NCBI RefSeq assembly: GCF_964194155.1
Contig: NC_135887.1
Span: 15,934,001 to 15,998,000, forward strand
Direction of reading: 5' to 3'
From: Cetorhinus maximus
Taxonomy: Eukaryota
DNA: 64,000 nucleotides
Below, piece by piece: positions 37,908 through 50,200 of this stretch; position 1 is the first letter of the stretch, and each line of letters opens with the position of its first letter. The position numbers were made by a program, and so were the translations under genes. The notes beneath the pieces were generated by a model. It was not told the origin of the DNA. It did no database searches and saw only the letters and a program-made list of their open reading frames with translations.

Positions 37908-39129
37908 TATATATGGTAAATATCAAGAGTATCAATTGCATTGCCATAGCCTCGAGGGCTATCGGCCAAGCGCTGGAAAATGGTAGTCAGGTCTTTGTTG
38001 ATCAGCGTGGGCCGAATGGCCTCCTTCTGCGCTGTAAATGTCAAATGAGGCTATTACAATTGTATAGAGATGCCTAGGCGTGGAACATAGTGTATGGCGA
38101 CATGTCGAATTTTATTGCACTTTCTGTCATTTTCAAGTTGGGACGTTTTGTAATGTACAAATTTTATGAATGAAAAAATGGGGAAAAAATAGCTAATGCA
38201 TGCACTTAAATGTGCTCAAGAGCAGAGCAGCTTACAGTCTGAAGGTTTTTGGTGCTGTGATGGGCTCCATAGAGGTTGCTAACTGAATACCAGAGGGTTT
38301 ATTTTTCCATTGCAACATTTTTTTTAAAGTATGCTGTTTGCAAAGGCAGATCCGGTTTACATTAGTGCATGCAGAAGCCGATCAATTCTACATTAATGCT
38401 GTGCGTCGGGCGTATTTTGTGCTGAGAATGTGCCTTTTACAAGACACGAGGGCAAGTTGGCCCAACATGTGGTGACTTTGAAGATCTGTTTGTTCTTCTA
38501 GTTCCCATGCTCTTTTTAATTCTCTTTCCTAGGTATATATGTATCTCCCTTTTAAAAGCTATTACATATTCTGTTCTCACCACCATGGCTTCTGCTAGGG
38601 AATCCCCCCAAAAAACATCCAAACAAATTATCCTGATCTCTCCTTTTTTAAGACAATTGTAAATTTATTTGCCCTCTAGTTGCCAATTCACGTTTTTTTC
38701 ATTAACTTCATTACATCCCTTGTCAGTTTGAACATGTCTCCTAGCTTTCCTCTTAACACTCTTTGTTCAATTGAGAAGCACAAGTGTTTCTTTAGTCTCA
38801 TGTCCTCGTACCATCTTTACAAACCTCTTCCACACTCTCATCTTTTAATAAAAAGTGATAAGATTCATGTCTATGTCTCATTTTGATCTAGGAGAGAGGT
38901 GCTAACCACTACAATAGCATTTTAGATTTATGTAGCACTTGTAACAGACAAAATCCATGGCAGGAGAGGAAATTTGCGGGGTTTGGGGGTAAAGGGAGGG
39001 ATGTAGGACTAATTGGATAGCTCTTTCAAAAACCAAGAGCAGACATGATGGGTCGAATGACTAAAGTATCCCTGAAGAGGTCAAACATAACCACTGATCC
39101 ATGGGAGTATGTGGCCTATGACCAACCAA

Positions 39130-39370
39130 AATGGAGATGATTTATTCGGGAAGGCACCAAAAACATCGAGAGACTTCGTTGGGAACACGCAGAGGCAAAG
39201 TTGATGTGTCGGAGACAGCACAAAAACCTCCAAACGCCCCACCTGCCCAAACCTTCAAGCACCACCTGCCCTGCATGTGGCATTCTGCAAGTTACACATT
39301 GGACTTATCAGCCATTGCAATACTCATAAAACCAAGGTCACCCTCGATCCTGAGGGGCTACCTAGGAAGC
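39130..39370 (+). mobile_element. RTE-clade LINE 3' fragment
   Basis: C-terminal FCKLHIGLISHCNTHK, resembling the RTE ORF2 end. Confidence 0.6.
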
Positions 39371-40744
39371 ATAGAAGATGGGCCAAATGGTTTCCTTTTG
39401 CGCTGTATCATTTTATGGCTATGATTGCAAAGAGGCATCTGAAAAAAATGGATGCCAATTCAAAGAAGGAGATATTACATGGGGTGACGAAGAGCATGGT
39501 TGAAGAGAAGAGTTATGAGGGAAAATGAGGCAGATGGGTTTAGGGAGCAATTTCAGAACATGGGGCCTAGGCAGCAGAAGACATGACTACCAACAGTGGG
39601 GTTGAAGAAGGAGGGCTGCACAGACAGCTGGAGTTAGGAGGGAGTATGTGGAGGGGAGGTGTTTACAATATAGGAAAGGGTGAGACTGAAGAGGGATCTT
39701 CAGTCAAAGGTGTAAATACAAAGGTGAATATTTTAAATTTGAATTGTAATGAAGGACTGAAAGAAAAAAAGGAGAAAATGCATCTTAATATTTCAGGTTC
39801 ATTGACCTTTCATCTGTTGAGATCCAGGGACTATTTTCACTGAAGTAGAGAGGGCTAAGACGAGATTTAACAGTGCTTTTAAAATTATAAAGGGTTTTAG
39901 AGCAAATAAGGATAGACTATTGCCTCTAGTTGGTATTCATAGTGAGACATCATCAATTTAAAATTAACACTAGGGCAGTGAGGAAAGGGTTAGGAGACAT
40001 TTCTTCATGAGTATTGCTGGAGCGTGGAATGTTTTGCCTCAAAGAAAGAACAACTTATGTTTCAATAGTACCTTTCTGGCCTCAGGGTATCCAAAGTATT
40101 TTACAATCAGTTTTACAATTGCAATTAAATACTTTTGGAATGTAATCACTGTTATAACATAGGAAATGTGGCAGCCAATTTAGACACAGCAAGTTCCCAC
40201 AAACAGCAGTGTGATAATTATTAGATAAAATGCTTTTATAAGTATTGGCCAGAACACCAGGTATAACTCTGCTGTCCTTTGTTGAAATAATGCCATGGGA
40301 TCTTTTACATCCACCTAAAGGGCAGACAGAGCCTCAAATGACAGCACCCCACTAATCATGACACTGAAATGTCAGCCTAGATTAGATCATCAGCTCTAAT
40401 TTTCTGATTCACCATGGAATATAGCTCCCATTGAATTAGCACCTTTTTTGAGATTTTTTTTTTCACATTGGATCCTGAAGACTCCTCTAGACTTTGTGCT
40501 GATGTCCTGGAATGAGGCTCAAACCCAAAATCTCTGATTCAGAGCTGTGGGTGCTATGGATTGAGTTACGGTGTGGAGAACACTCCAGGTGTCCTGATGA
40601 AAGGTTAGAAACCTGAAACATTAACTCTGTTTCTCTCTCCACAGGTGATGACTGACCTGCTGAGTATTTCTGGCATTTTCTGTTTTTACTTCAGATTGCT
40701 AGCATCTGCAGTATTTTGCTTTGTTGTTAGCTTTAGATTGTTGT

Positions 40745-41095
40745 AGCAAAGATGCTGAGAGGTTGTTTCCCCTTGGGGGAGAGTCTCGGACCAGAGGGCA
40801 TAATCTCAGAGTAAGGGGCCGCACATTTAAGACAGAGATGAGGAGGAATTTCTTCTCTCAGAGGGTAATGAATCTGTGGAATTCTTTACCGCAGAGGGCT
40901 GTAAAGGCTGGGTCGTTAAGTATATTCAGGGCTGAGATAGACAGATTTTTAACAGTAAGGGAATCAAGGGTTATGGGGACAAGGCAGGAAAGGAGTTGAG
41001 GATTATCAGATCAACCATGATCTCATTGAATGGCAGAGCAGACTTGATGGGCCGAATGGCCTACTTCTGCTCCTATATCTTAGGGGTCTTATGGT
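40745..41095 (+). mobile_element. CR1 LINE 3' fragment
   Basis: LFPLGGESRTRGHNLRVRGRTFKTEMRRNFFSQRVMNLWNSLP. Confidence 0.9.
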
Positions 41096-42211
41096 CAAAG
41101 GAGTGGTACAGACACATTCCTTTGTCCTGTCGGAAGATCTAGTGAGCAGCTTTCTTTCCAAGAAGATGCACTGAGTTTCAACATTAATTTAGTTAATGTA
41201 AAGGATGCAATTGTTTATAAATTCCAATTGTGCACAATACATTTTGAAATTAACAATAACCTAGATTCTAAATAAAAATTAAGGGTGTTAATTGAGGAGA
41301 AGAGGTCCGTTTTTCAATGCATGAGCAATTAGCTAGCCACAAAATGAAATGCTGTAAATTTATGCAGCAGATGGGAGCTATGTTGGCAGGGACAGAACTT
41401 GGACATTATTTACGCGTGGGTGTGGAAGTTTGCCCAGTGGTATTGAAATCGCTGTTCTAAGCACAAAGGGAGATTATAAGGATCAGATACGTTCCAGATT
41501 GTTAGGAGTCTTTCAGGCATTTTGCTTCCAATCCTTTCCACAATAATGGTTAATTTAATTCATTTGTTGTGATTCTTAAACAGGCATTATTTGAGGGCTA
41601 TGTATAATTTGCTACACCTAGCTCCCCAGTTGCTCAGTTTAAAACAAAATCGTTCACAAAATATGGGAGACTCACACCCTAAATTCACCATACATAAACA
41701 TAGGTGAAAACATAACACCTATGTTTTTTTCATTTGGGCATAGAATCTGAGCATTGCTGGCAATTGTCCATCCCTAATTGCGATTGAGAAGGAGGTGGTG
41801 AGCCACCAAATGATCCAGTCACCATATTAATTACCCAGTATAGTAATGAGCCATCAGGTCAAGAAAGTCCAAGGTTGGATTCCTTCATCTACATTGAGTT
41901 GACTGAGTTTGGGTGCCACGTTTGGGCGCCAAATTTGGGCAGGGTAAAGTAAGCAGGACGTAAATGAGTGTGGATCAGACCCAGTGTTAGGCTCGGCTGT
42001 GATGTCCCCTCCTCACCAAAGACTTAAGGCCACTTTGGCAGCATACAAGAAGGCAACCACCATCTTGCAGGGCCTTTGCTCAGCAAAGAGTCAAAATGGT
42101 CAGAAGGCGAGGGGACGAAAGAGGAGAAAATGGGCGAGGGATAAAAAGGCAGGTGATGCATATGATAGCAGCAAATTGTTCCTCTAACCAAGTGATCGAA
42201 ACTTATTTAAG

Positions 42212-43349
42212 CTTGAACTGATTTTGCTACTTGCTGATTCAGGTTTAACATGGCAACAATGAAAGATGTCTCTAAACTTTGTGCATCAGTGGTTCTCATC
42301 ACAAACGCAATAGAGTGATTACCTCAGTGAGGACAATACTATATCGAGCTGAACTGCATCTTAGTCTGTACGGATTTGACTGAGGTTCATATTACCTCAT
42401 GATGAGAAAACAAAGAAGAACTAGAACAGTAATTGACTAAAGGCTCTTTCTTTCATGGTAAAAGCCTACAGTGATCGGGCTCATGGGGCTAACTGGCTTA
42501 TCCTGTTCTTAGGTTCCAACTCTTTGAGGTAGGCCAAACAGACAACTCCCAATTTTTTGTCAATAGAAATTTATGACATTGTGGGTGGCTCCAACAATCA
42601 GCCTACAGGTTAAAGCAACAAGTTTGTGCTGTTGTTTCAAAAGTTCTTATTCAGACAAACTGGCTTAACTTGCTTTAATCGATTCATGTTAATTCACAGG
42701 TTTCCCTTCTTCTCCATCTCTACTAAAGACATTGACTCATTGCTTTGGTGTGCGGACAAATTCAGCACTCCTGAGCTCTCATCACGGGGCCTCTTTAGGT
42801 GGAAACACAGTTAGAGATATGACACTGGGGGATCCATTTTCCATCTGTGCTCCTGTCAAGTAAGGCTTAATTGTTGAGAGAGCAGCTCCTAATTGCCAGC
42901 TGGTACCTGACCTAAATACCATTATTCATGTGTGAGCCTTGACAGTAAGTGTTGACAAACTATTCATGCATGAGGGGAATCACATGTAAGGTTTGCATGT
43001 GTTTGAAGTGTCAGGAAGGGGCAGACTTGCTGACCCTCCGCTGTGATGGCCCCGCAGACCAATAGCCCAAAGACACACAAGAAGATGGCCGCTTCGGACT
43101 TGGTACCAAAGGAATCGTATCCCAGTGAGGACCAACCACCTACAGGAGAGGAGGAGGTCGGGGAAGATAAATGGTAGGAAATGAAAGGTTCTTCTAAAAA
43201 AATTATATTGTAGCATTCATTTCTTCTCTTGGGACATTTCAAAAGTTGAAGGAGTTGTATAAATGGTAGTTATTATTGTACTGGATATATCTTTACATCA
43301 AGCCCAGATTGCTGGGGGAAAAAATCTTTGACATCCCAAGCTGAGCCAA
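42212..43349 (+). repeat. Direct duplication, copy 2 (upstream of WSB1)
   Basis: Near-identical to 32415-33548. AAGCTT overlaps both junctions. Confidence 0.97.
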
Positions 43350-43957
43350 GCTTTCCTAATCATAGCTCACTTGTGGTTCTTGTTCCCTGTGAGAAGCTGG
43401 GTTTTTGACAGAATCACAGTAGTCTTTTACAACTAAGCCTTGTACTCACATCTTATCTAATCTCATCCCAAACTCAATGGTGAAGAGGAGAAAGAACTAG
43501 CATTTATATAATGCCTTCCAGTCAAGTAATGCCTTGATTTTAAAATTCACATCATTGTATTCAAATCCCTCCATTTCCTCCCTCCCTCCGTATCTCTAAT
43601 CTCCATAACGTTCCGAGGTATCTGTGCTTCTCTAATTCTGGCCCCTCGTGCATTACCAATTTTAACCACTGGTGGCCTCACCTTCAATTGCCTTGTCCTC
43701 AAGCTCTGGAATACCCTCCCGACACCTCTGCACTTCTGAATCCCACTTTCCTCCTTTAAAACCCTGTCTTAAAACCTACCTCTTTGACCAAGCTTTTGGT
43801 CATCTCACCTAATTTCTCCTTAGTTGGCTCAGTGTCATATTTTGTTTTATAATGCTTCTGTGAAAAGCATCTTGGGACATTTTATTATAAATTGTTGTTA
43901 TTACATCATCGGGACAGCCCTTCATGGCTAATGAATTACATTGACACGCAATCACTG

Positions 43958-44135
43958 AGATAAAAACAAAAAGCTAAAAGCTACTGCGGATGCTGGAAAT
44001 CCAAAACAAAAACAGAATTACCTGGAAAAACTCAGTTCTGCCGAAGGGCCGTGAAGGCTCGAAACGTTAACTGATTTCTTCTCCACCGATGCTGCCAGAC
44101 CTGCTGAGTTTTTCCAGGTAATTCTGTTTTTGTTT
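43958..44135. mobile_element. Short Penelope-derived fold-back insertion inside a Deu-SINE
   Basis: Perfect 17-bp TSD ttgacacgcaatcactg at 43941-43957 and 44136-44152. Inverted aaaacagaattacctggaaaaactcag arms. Confidence 0.9.
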
Positions 44136-46659
44136 TTGACACGCAATCACTGTTGGTCAGTAGGCAAATGCACAGCAGTCATTGCAGACACGGTCTCACC
44201 AACAGCAAGTTATGGACAGCGACTTTTTGATGCCTGTGATTAAGAGAGGGATTCTTCCTTGAATAGCACAAAGGGAACCTTTACATCCACTAAACTGACA
44301 ATTGGAGCTTCAGTTTAACATCTGAATCAAAAGACAGCTCTCTCTAGAATGCAGCGCCCTATAGTGCACTGAAGTGTCAGCCTCAATTATAGGTTCAGTC
44401 CTGTGATGGGCTTGAATCCACAATATCTGACACAGAGACAGAGTGCTACCAACGGAGAAAAAATAGTTTTCCTTTCCCTCATTATAAAATACCACCCTTT
44501 AGATATTAATACTCTCAAGGATTGTAATGACCAAGTGGGACTCTGTAGCTTCTATGCCAGGACAATTACTCTCTTCACCGTTAACAATACAAAAAGATCT
44601 TTCTAAGGTCTGACATTGATCTGTATCTCCAGCAGACAATTCATAAGGGTATCTGACACCACAAACATCAGTTTGGCTTTCATCAAAGGAACTTTTGACT
44701 TGCTTCACTACAGCAGTAACAGTAGCACAGTCACACTTTGCAAACAATGTGCATGGAAGCTCATGTTACAGACAGTGTGAGATATGTAGGAACTGATGGA
44801 TGCTGGGCAGGTACTATTTTAAAATACACTCTCCTCTCTTAGATCCCATAATAATATACAGCATGGGGAAGAAAAAGTACATTCTACTGAATTGTCTCTT
44901 GACTTCATGAACTGACGCTATGCTTTCATTTTCCAGTTGGATTTATTTAAAGTTGGTGGTTGTTCAAATAGGTTAAGAATAATGTTAAAATAAACTGGAG
45001 GTCTTGGGCACAGTGGATAGCGTCCCTGTCTCTCTTAGAGCTCAAAGCTCTAGGTTCAAGTCCCAACTCCAAGTTGTAATGGCCAAGGAAGGTGCGTTCA
45101 TAATGCAGCCAAAATGATTGAGTATCAACTTGTAAATCTTTCCAGCATAGGCCAATGGCAGGTGGTAAGAGTGGGAGAGATGTATGTGATAGAAAGAAAG
45201 TTGGAGTCTCTACCATCATTATCCATAGTTCCAGACTACAACATGCATGCAAAAGTTGCCACAGCAACTTGGACACCTTGGGAGGAGGAAGGTTGGTTGT
45301 CTCAGTTGGCTGGATAGCCGGTGTGGATCCAGATTGGTGCCAACAGTATGGGGTTCAATCCCTGTTTTGGCTGGGGTGGATTCGGGACCTGCCTCCTTGC
45401 CCTACCAATGGTGGAGTCCGCGGTGCTGTGGGTTAGACCTGCCTTTGTGGAGAGAACTCAAGACAATTGGGAAGTTGCCAGCCTGGATTTTCTAATGTGG
45501 ATGCAGTGTGAGTTCAGAAGTGTGACCTATTTGCTCCCAGTTTCCCAAGTCAGCTCTTGAACATCAATAGGTAACAAGGCATAACTTCTGATGCAGGTTT
45601 GGGATTGTGCAAGGAGATCACCAGTGGCAAAAAAAAGAAAGCTACAAATAAGCAAAATTTAATGGGATGGGGACAGTTGAATGGTTATGTCAAAAATGGG
45701 TGACAAAAATTCTGAAGGGGTTTGGAAGAGGTCAAAAGTCATCTCGATCCATAACACTGATATGACATAACAAGAGGAGAGAGATGAAATTAAATTAACA
45801 GGAAGGTTTTGATAGAGTGAATACAAAGACAATGTTTCCTCTTGTGGGGAAGAACATAAATAAAGAATCAATAGGGAATTCAGAAGGAACTTCTTTACCC
45901 AAAGAGTGATGAGAATGTGCAACTCCCTACCACAGCAATTGGTTGAAGTGAGTACAGTCATTGAGTATGTTTAAAGCAGAGATTGACAGATTTCTAAATA
46001 TCAATGGCATAAAGGGATATGGGATAGTGTGGGAAAAAGGCATTGAAGTGGATTATCAGTCATGATCATATTGAATGGCAGAGCAGGCTTGATGGGCTGA
46101 ATGAACTACTCCTGCTCCTATGTTCCTATGTACTGATGTATTTAAAGGGAAGCTAGACAAATATAAGAGGGAAAAGGAAATAGTGGGTTATGATGATAGA
46201 TTTACATGAGGAAAGATGGAGGAGGCTGGAGTGGAGCAGAAACACAGGCATGGACTGTTTGGGCCAAATGGCCTGTCAGTGTGTCAAAATCCTATGTAAT
46301 CCTATCTAGCCTGAATTCCCACTTGAGTGCTGTGACCTTGCTGAATTTCACTGCGTTTCCATCTTCCACTGCGTTGATTTCACAATCATTGCCTCCTTTT
46401 AGAAATCTCTCCATGGCCTCATGCACCTTACCCTCAACCTCTTCCAGACCTGTGCCCAGTTCACAGCTTTCGCGATGCTGCCCTATTGTATGTCCCAGCC
46501 CCTTGCTTCACTCCATCTTCAATGCCAGTCTTTATCCTTCCAATGCTGAAATTCTTTCTATATCCCTTAACCTTCCTGCATTATTACCCAACAGAAGAAG
46601 CCTCTTAAAAACCTAACCCAAGCAGATCCAGGAGATAAAATGGTCTGGGCCTCACACAG

Positions 46660-47250
46660 TCATGGTCATCTGAGGTTCCACTTATGCAAGTCCACCCACA
46701 ACACAGTGGTGCCCCAATCTAAACTCAGTGCTATTGTGTTTTGTGATGCTGGCCAGAAAACTCTCCTGCCTTTCTTTGATCAATACACCAGAACAGGTAG
46801 ACGTGGCTATGCTTGGCATCTTATTTGAGAGATGGTATCTTTGATAGTGCGGCACTCCCTCATTACTGCACTGAAGCATCAGTTTAGATTACATGCTTGG
46901 GGATGGGGCTCAAATCCCCAGCCTTCTATGGTGCCAGCTAATGGCTCAGCTTGTAGCATTCATGTCTCTGAGTCTAAAGGTTGTGAGTTCAAGTCCCACT
47001 CCAGGATGTGAGTTGTAGATGTTAAGGGTCCCATGGTACTATGGGGTTGTTCCTGATGTCCTGGCCAATATTTATCCCTCACTCAACTTCACAAAAACAA
47101 ATTATCATTGCTTTTGTGGGGCCTTGTTATACACAAATTGGCTGCTGCATTTCCACATTACAAAAGTGACTTCAGAAGCACGTCATTTGCTGTACAGAAG
47201 TTTGGAATGACCTGTGACCATGAAAGCTGGTGTATAAATGTATGTCTTTT
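46660..47250 (+). mobile_element. Deu-domain SINE pieces (SacSINE1-like)
   Basis: gtcctggccaatatttatccctc...aaattggctgc central domain and an L2-like tail. Similar copies on the minus strand at about 40030-40560 and 43895-44455. Confidence 0.65.
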
Positions 47251-50200
47251 TTTAAAGAAGTGATTGTGCTACAAACTGAGCTAAACTGACACAGCAACGA
47301 TTGTGACAGCGTTGCAATTGGCTTCAGTGACTTAGCCAGATGTCCTGCCCCTGATCATTCTCTAGTGAAGGATTCCTGGGTCACTATTGGGTGAGGACAG
47401 TATTGGGCTCAGATGTGAAACTCATTCCCCATGGTTCAACACCCTAAATCTAACGCACTGAGTCTGGCCGCTCAGGTGAGATACTGATGAGTTGCTGGGA
47501 CCCGAAGGTCCTGCATTCCTCCGATTCTGGTCTCTTGTGCCTGCCCCGATTTTTGTTGCTCCGCCTTCAGTAGCCTGGCTTCAGCAACCAAGAGCCGAAG
47601 CTCAGGAATTTCCTCCCCATCTTTCTCCGCCTCCCCACCTGTCTCTCCTCCTTGAGGAGGCAGGTTAAAACCTACCCCTGTAACCAAGATTTTGGTCATC
47701 TATCCCAACATCTTCGTATGTAGCATGGCATCAAATTTTGTTGGAGAGCACATTGGGATATTTACAACATTAAAGGAGCTATATAAACACAAATTATTGT
47801 TGTTGAGAAATTGGGGGATTGGGAGGAAGAGAGAATAAAAGAAAAACACCCAAAAATAAAATATTACATGGTTTGTGTGAACTACATTTCGTATTAATAA
47901 CTCTTATATTTGTTATCTGTGAATTAAACACCCTTCATTAAAATAAATTAGGCCCTGAGCCTGGATTTTCTGACTGATGTTTTATTAACACCAGCTTTAT
48001 CCCATTTAAAATAAATGATCTCACGCCTTGTTAAATCAATGTTCATCAATGTTAATCTAGGCTTAAAAAGCTAAACAGAAAAACATGACTGCTGGAAATC
48101 TGAAACCGAAATTTAAAAAAAAAAAAATCACTGTGGTGGTTCATAGAGTACCAGACAGCACCTGAAAGAGATGTTAACGGTTCAAGTGAGAAGCCTCCAT
48201 CAGTGTCAATTCAGTTTTAAATTTTTAGCAGTAATTTCTCCTTCTTTCCTCAGGGCACTCCCTTGGATTCAGGTCGGTCTCCAACAGTGCTGGCCATTCT
48301 CTGCTATCCATCCCATACACGAGCCCGGGTAGTGAGTAGGCTGGTCACTGATGATGATCTCAAGAATACTGGACTGCCTTGCCAATCCCCATGCACGCAC
48401 ACATTTGTGCCCTTCTTTAATTAAAATAAATTAATAATAACATCAATATAACTATTGATTTGAACCATTTGTTCAAATGTGTCTTAGAGCGAGCTACAGT
48501 TGTACATATCCAGCTTATAATGAACCTTGGAGCAGCTAAAAGCAGGTTTTAAAAAAAAACCAAGTGATGTTTTTAACAGGAACAGCGTGTACAGTACCAG
48601 TGTGGCGTGCTTATCCAATATCCAGTACTGGATGAGCAGAAATTTCCCCCAATTAACTATTTAGAAGACAGAAGCAATTTTTTCAGTCCTCGCCCTAACT
48701 CCCATTCCCTAGCTACTGACTCCATCCATTTCCCTGCCAATGGAGATTATGCCACTTTCTTCACAGCCTTGGTGTCACGTTTGATCCTGAGATGAGCTTC
48801 TCAGTTATAATTATAATCGCTCCACTGTTGGTGGCTGTGCCTTCCGTTCCCTAGGCCTCAAGATCTAGAATTCCTCCCTACACCTCTTGTTTCTCCACCT
48901 ACCTTTCCTCCTTTGAGACTTCTTAAAACCTCCCTCTTTGGCCAAGCTTTTGGTCAACTGATCTAATATCTTCTTATGTGGCTCGGTGTCAGATTTTAAA
49001 AATAATGTTCCTGTGAAACACTTGGGGCGTATCATTACGTTAAAGGCGCTATATAAATATATGTTGTTGTTGGTGTTGGCTGTCTCATAACCCAATTCAT
49101 TTTATGGACAGCAATATCCAGGTTGAGAATAGGAGCAAGCTACAGACTGATGTCAAGAGTTTTATCAGGCTGTCATTGGGTTTTACTCATGGCAGCTATT
49201 TGAGGGCAGTGTGCATCAGTGTGGCTCTACATCTATGTTAATTGTGACATAAATGACATAGTGTGAGGGCGTCTTAAGGATGCACACATGGATAAGTCTG
49301 ATGTTTGTGGAGTAGCCACAGTGGCTCTGGGCCAGGCTTTCTCAAGGGCAGGCAGGATCAATCATTTTAATTTTCAACGCTTCCCTAGACGTTGGGAGTA
49401 CTGCAAAATAAAAATACTGGACAATAAGGCATCCGGTTCAAATCGGGTACCAAACAGGGGACAGGCTACCAGAAAACTGGACTGTCTGGTATAAAACCAG
49501 GTGAATCGCCATCCTAGAGGTGAGTGTCGATTGGCTCGTTCTCACTGTTGATGTATTGTAGATGAGTGGCATTGCAGTCAAACCCAATCCAATTCTCACC
49601 TGACTTTGACAAACCGACACTTTCCACATAGCGGAAATCAGTAGAGGGAACCATAGCTGTGTTAATTTTCCACCTCTAGCCCAGGGATATTGAGGCCACT
49701 TGTAATACATCAAATCCAGCTGTAGGTGTGATCATAAGAGTATAGGTACAGGATTAGGCTATTCCGTCATTTAGTTAGATTATACTGATCTATATCTTAA
49801 CACTATTTACACACCTTGGTTTCATATCAGTTAACACCCTTGCCCAACAAAAATTGATCAACCTCAGTTTAAAATTTTTCAGTTGACTCCCCACCAACGC
49901 CCCCACCCACCTCAGCCTCAAAGCTTTGAGAGTTCCAAATTTCCACTCCCCTTTAGCGTCAAGAAGTGTTTTTTGACATCACTCCTGAATGATTTAAGTT
50001 ATGTCCCATTGTTCTGGGCTCCCCCACAGGAGGAAACAGTTTCTCTCTAACACATTCTTTAATCACTTTAAACTCCTCAGTTAGATCACTCCTTACACTT
50101 CATATTCCAGGGAAAACAAGCCTCGTCTGTGCAACCTGACCTCACGAGTTAACCCTTTTACACCAGGTATTATTCTGGTAAAACTGTGCTGTGTTCTCTA

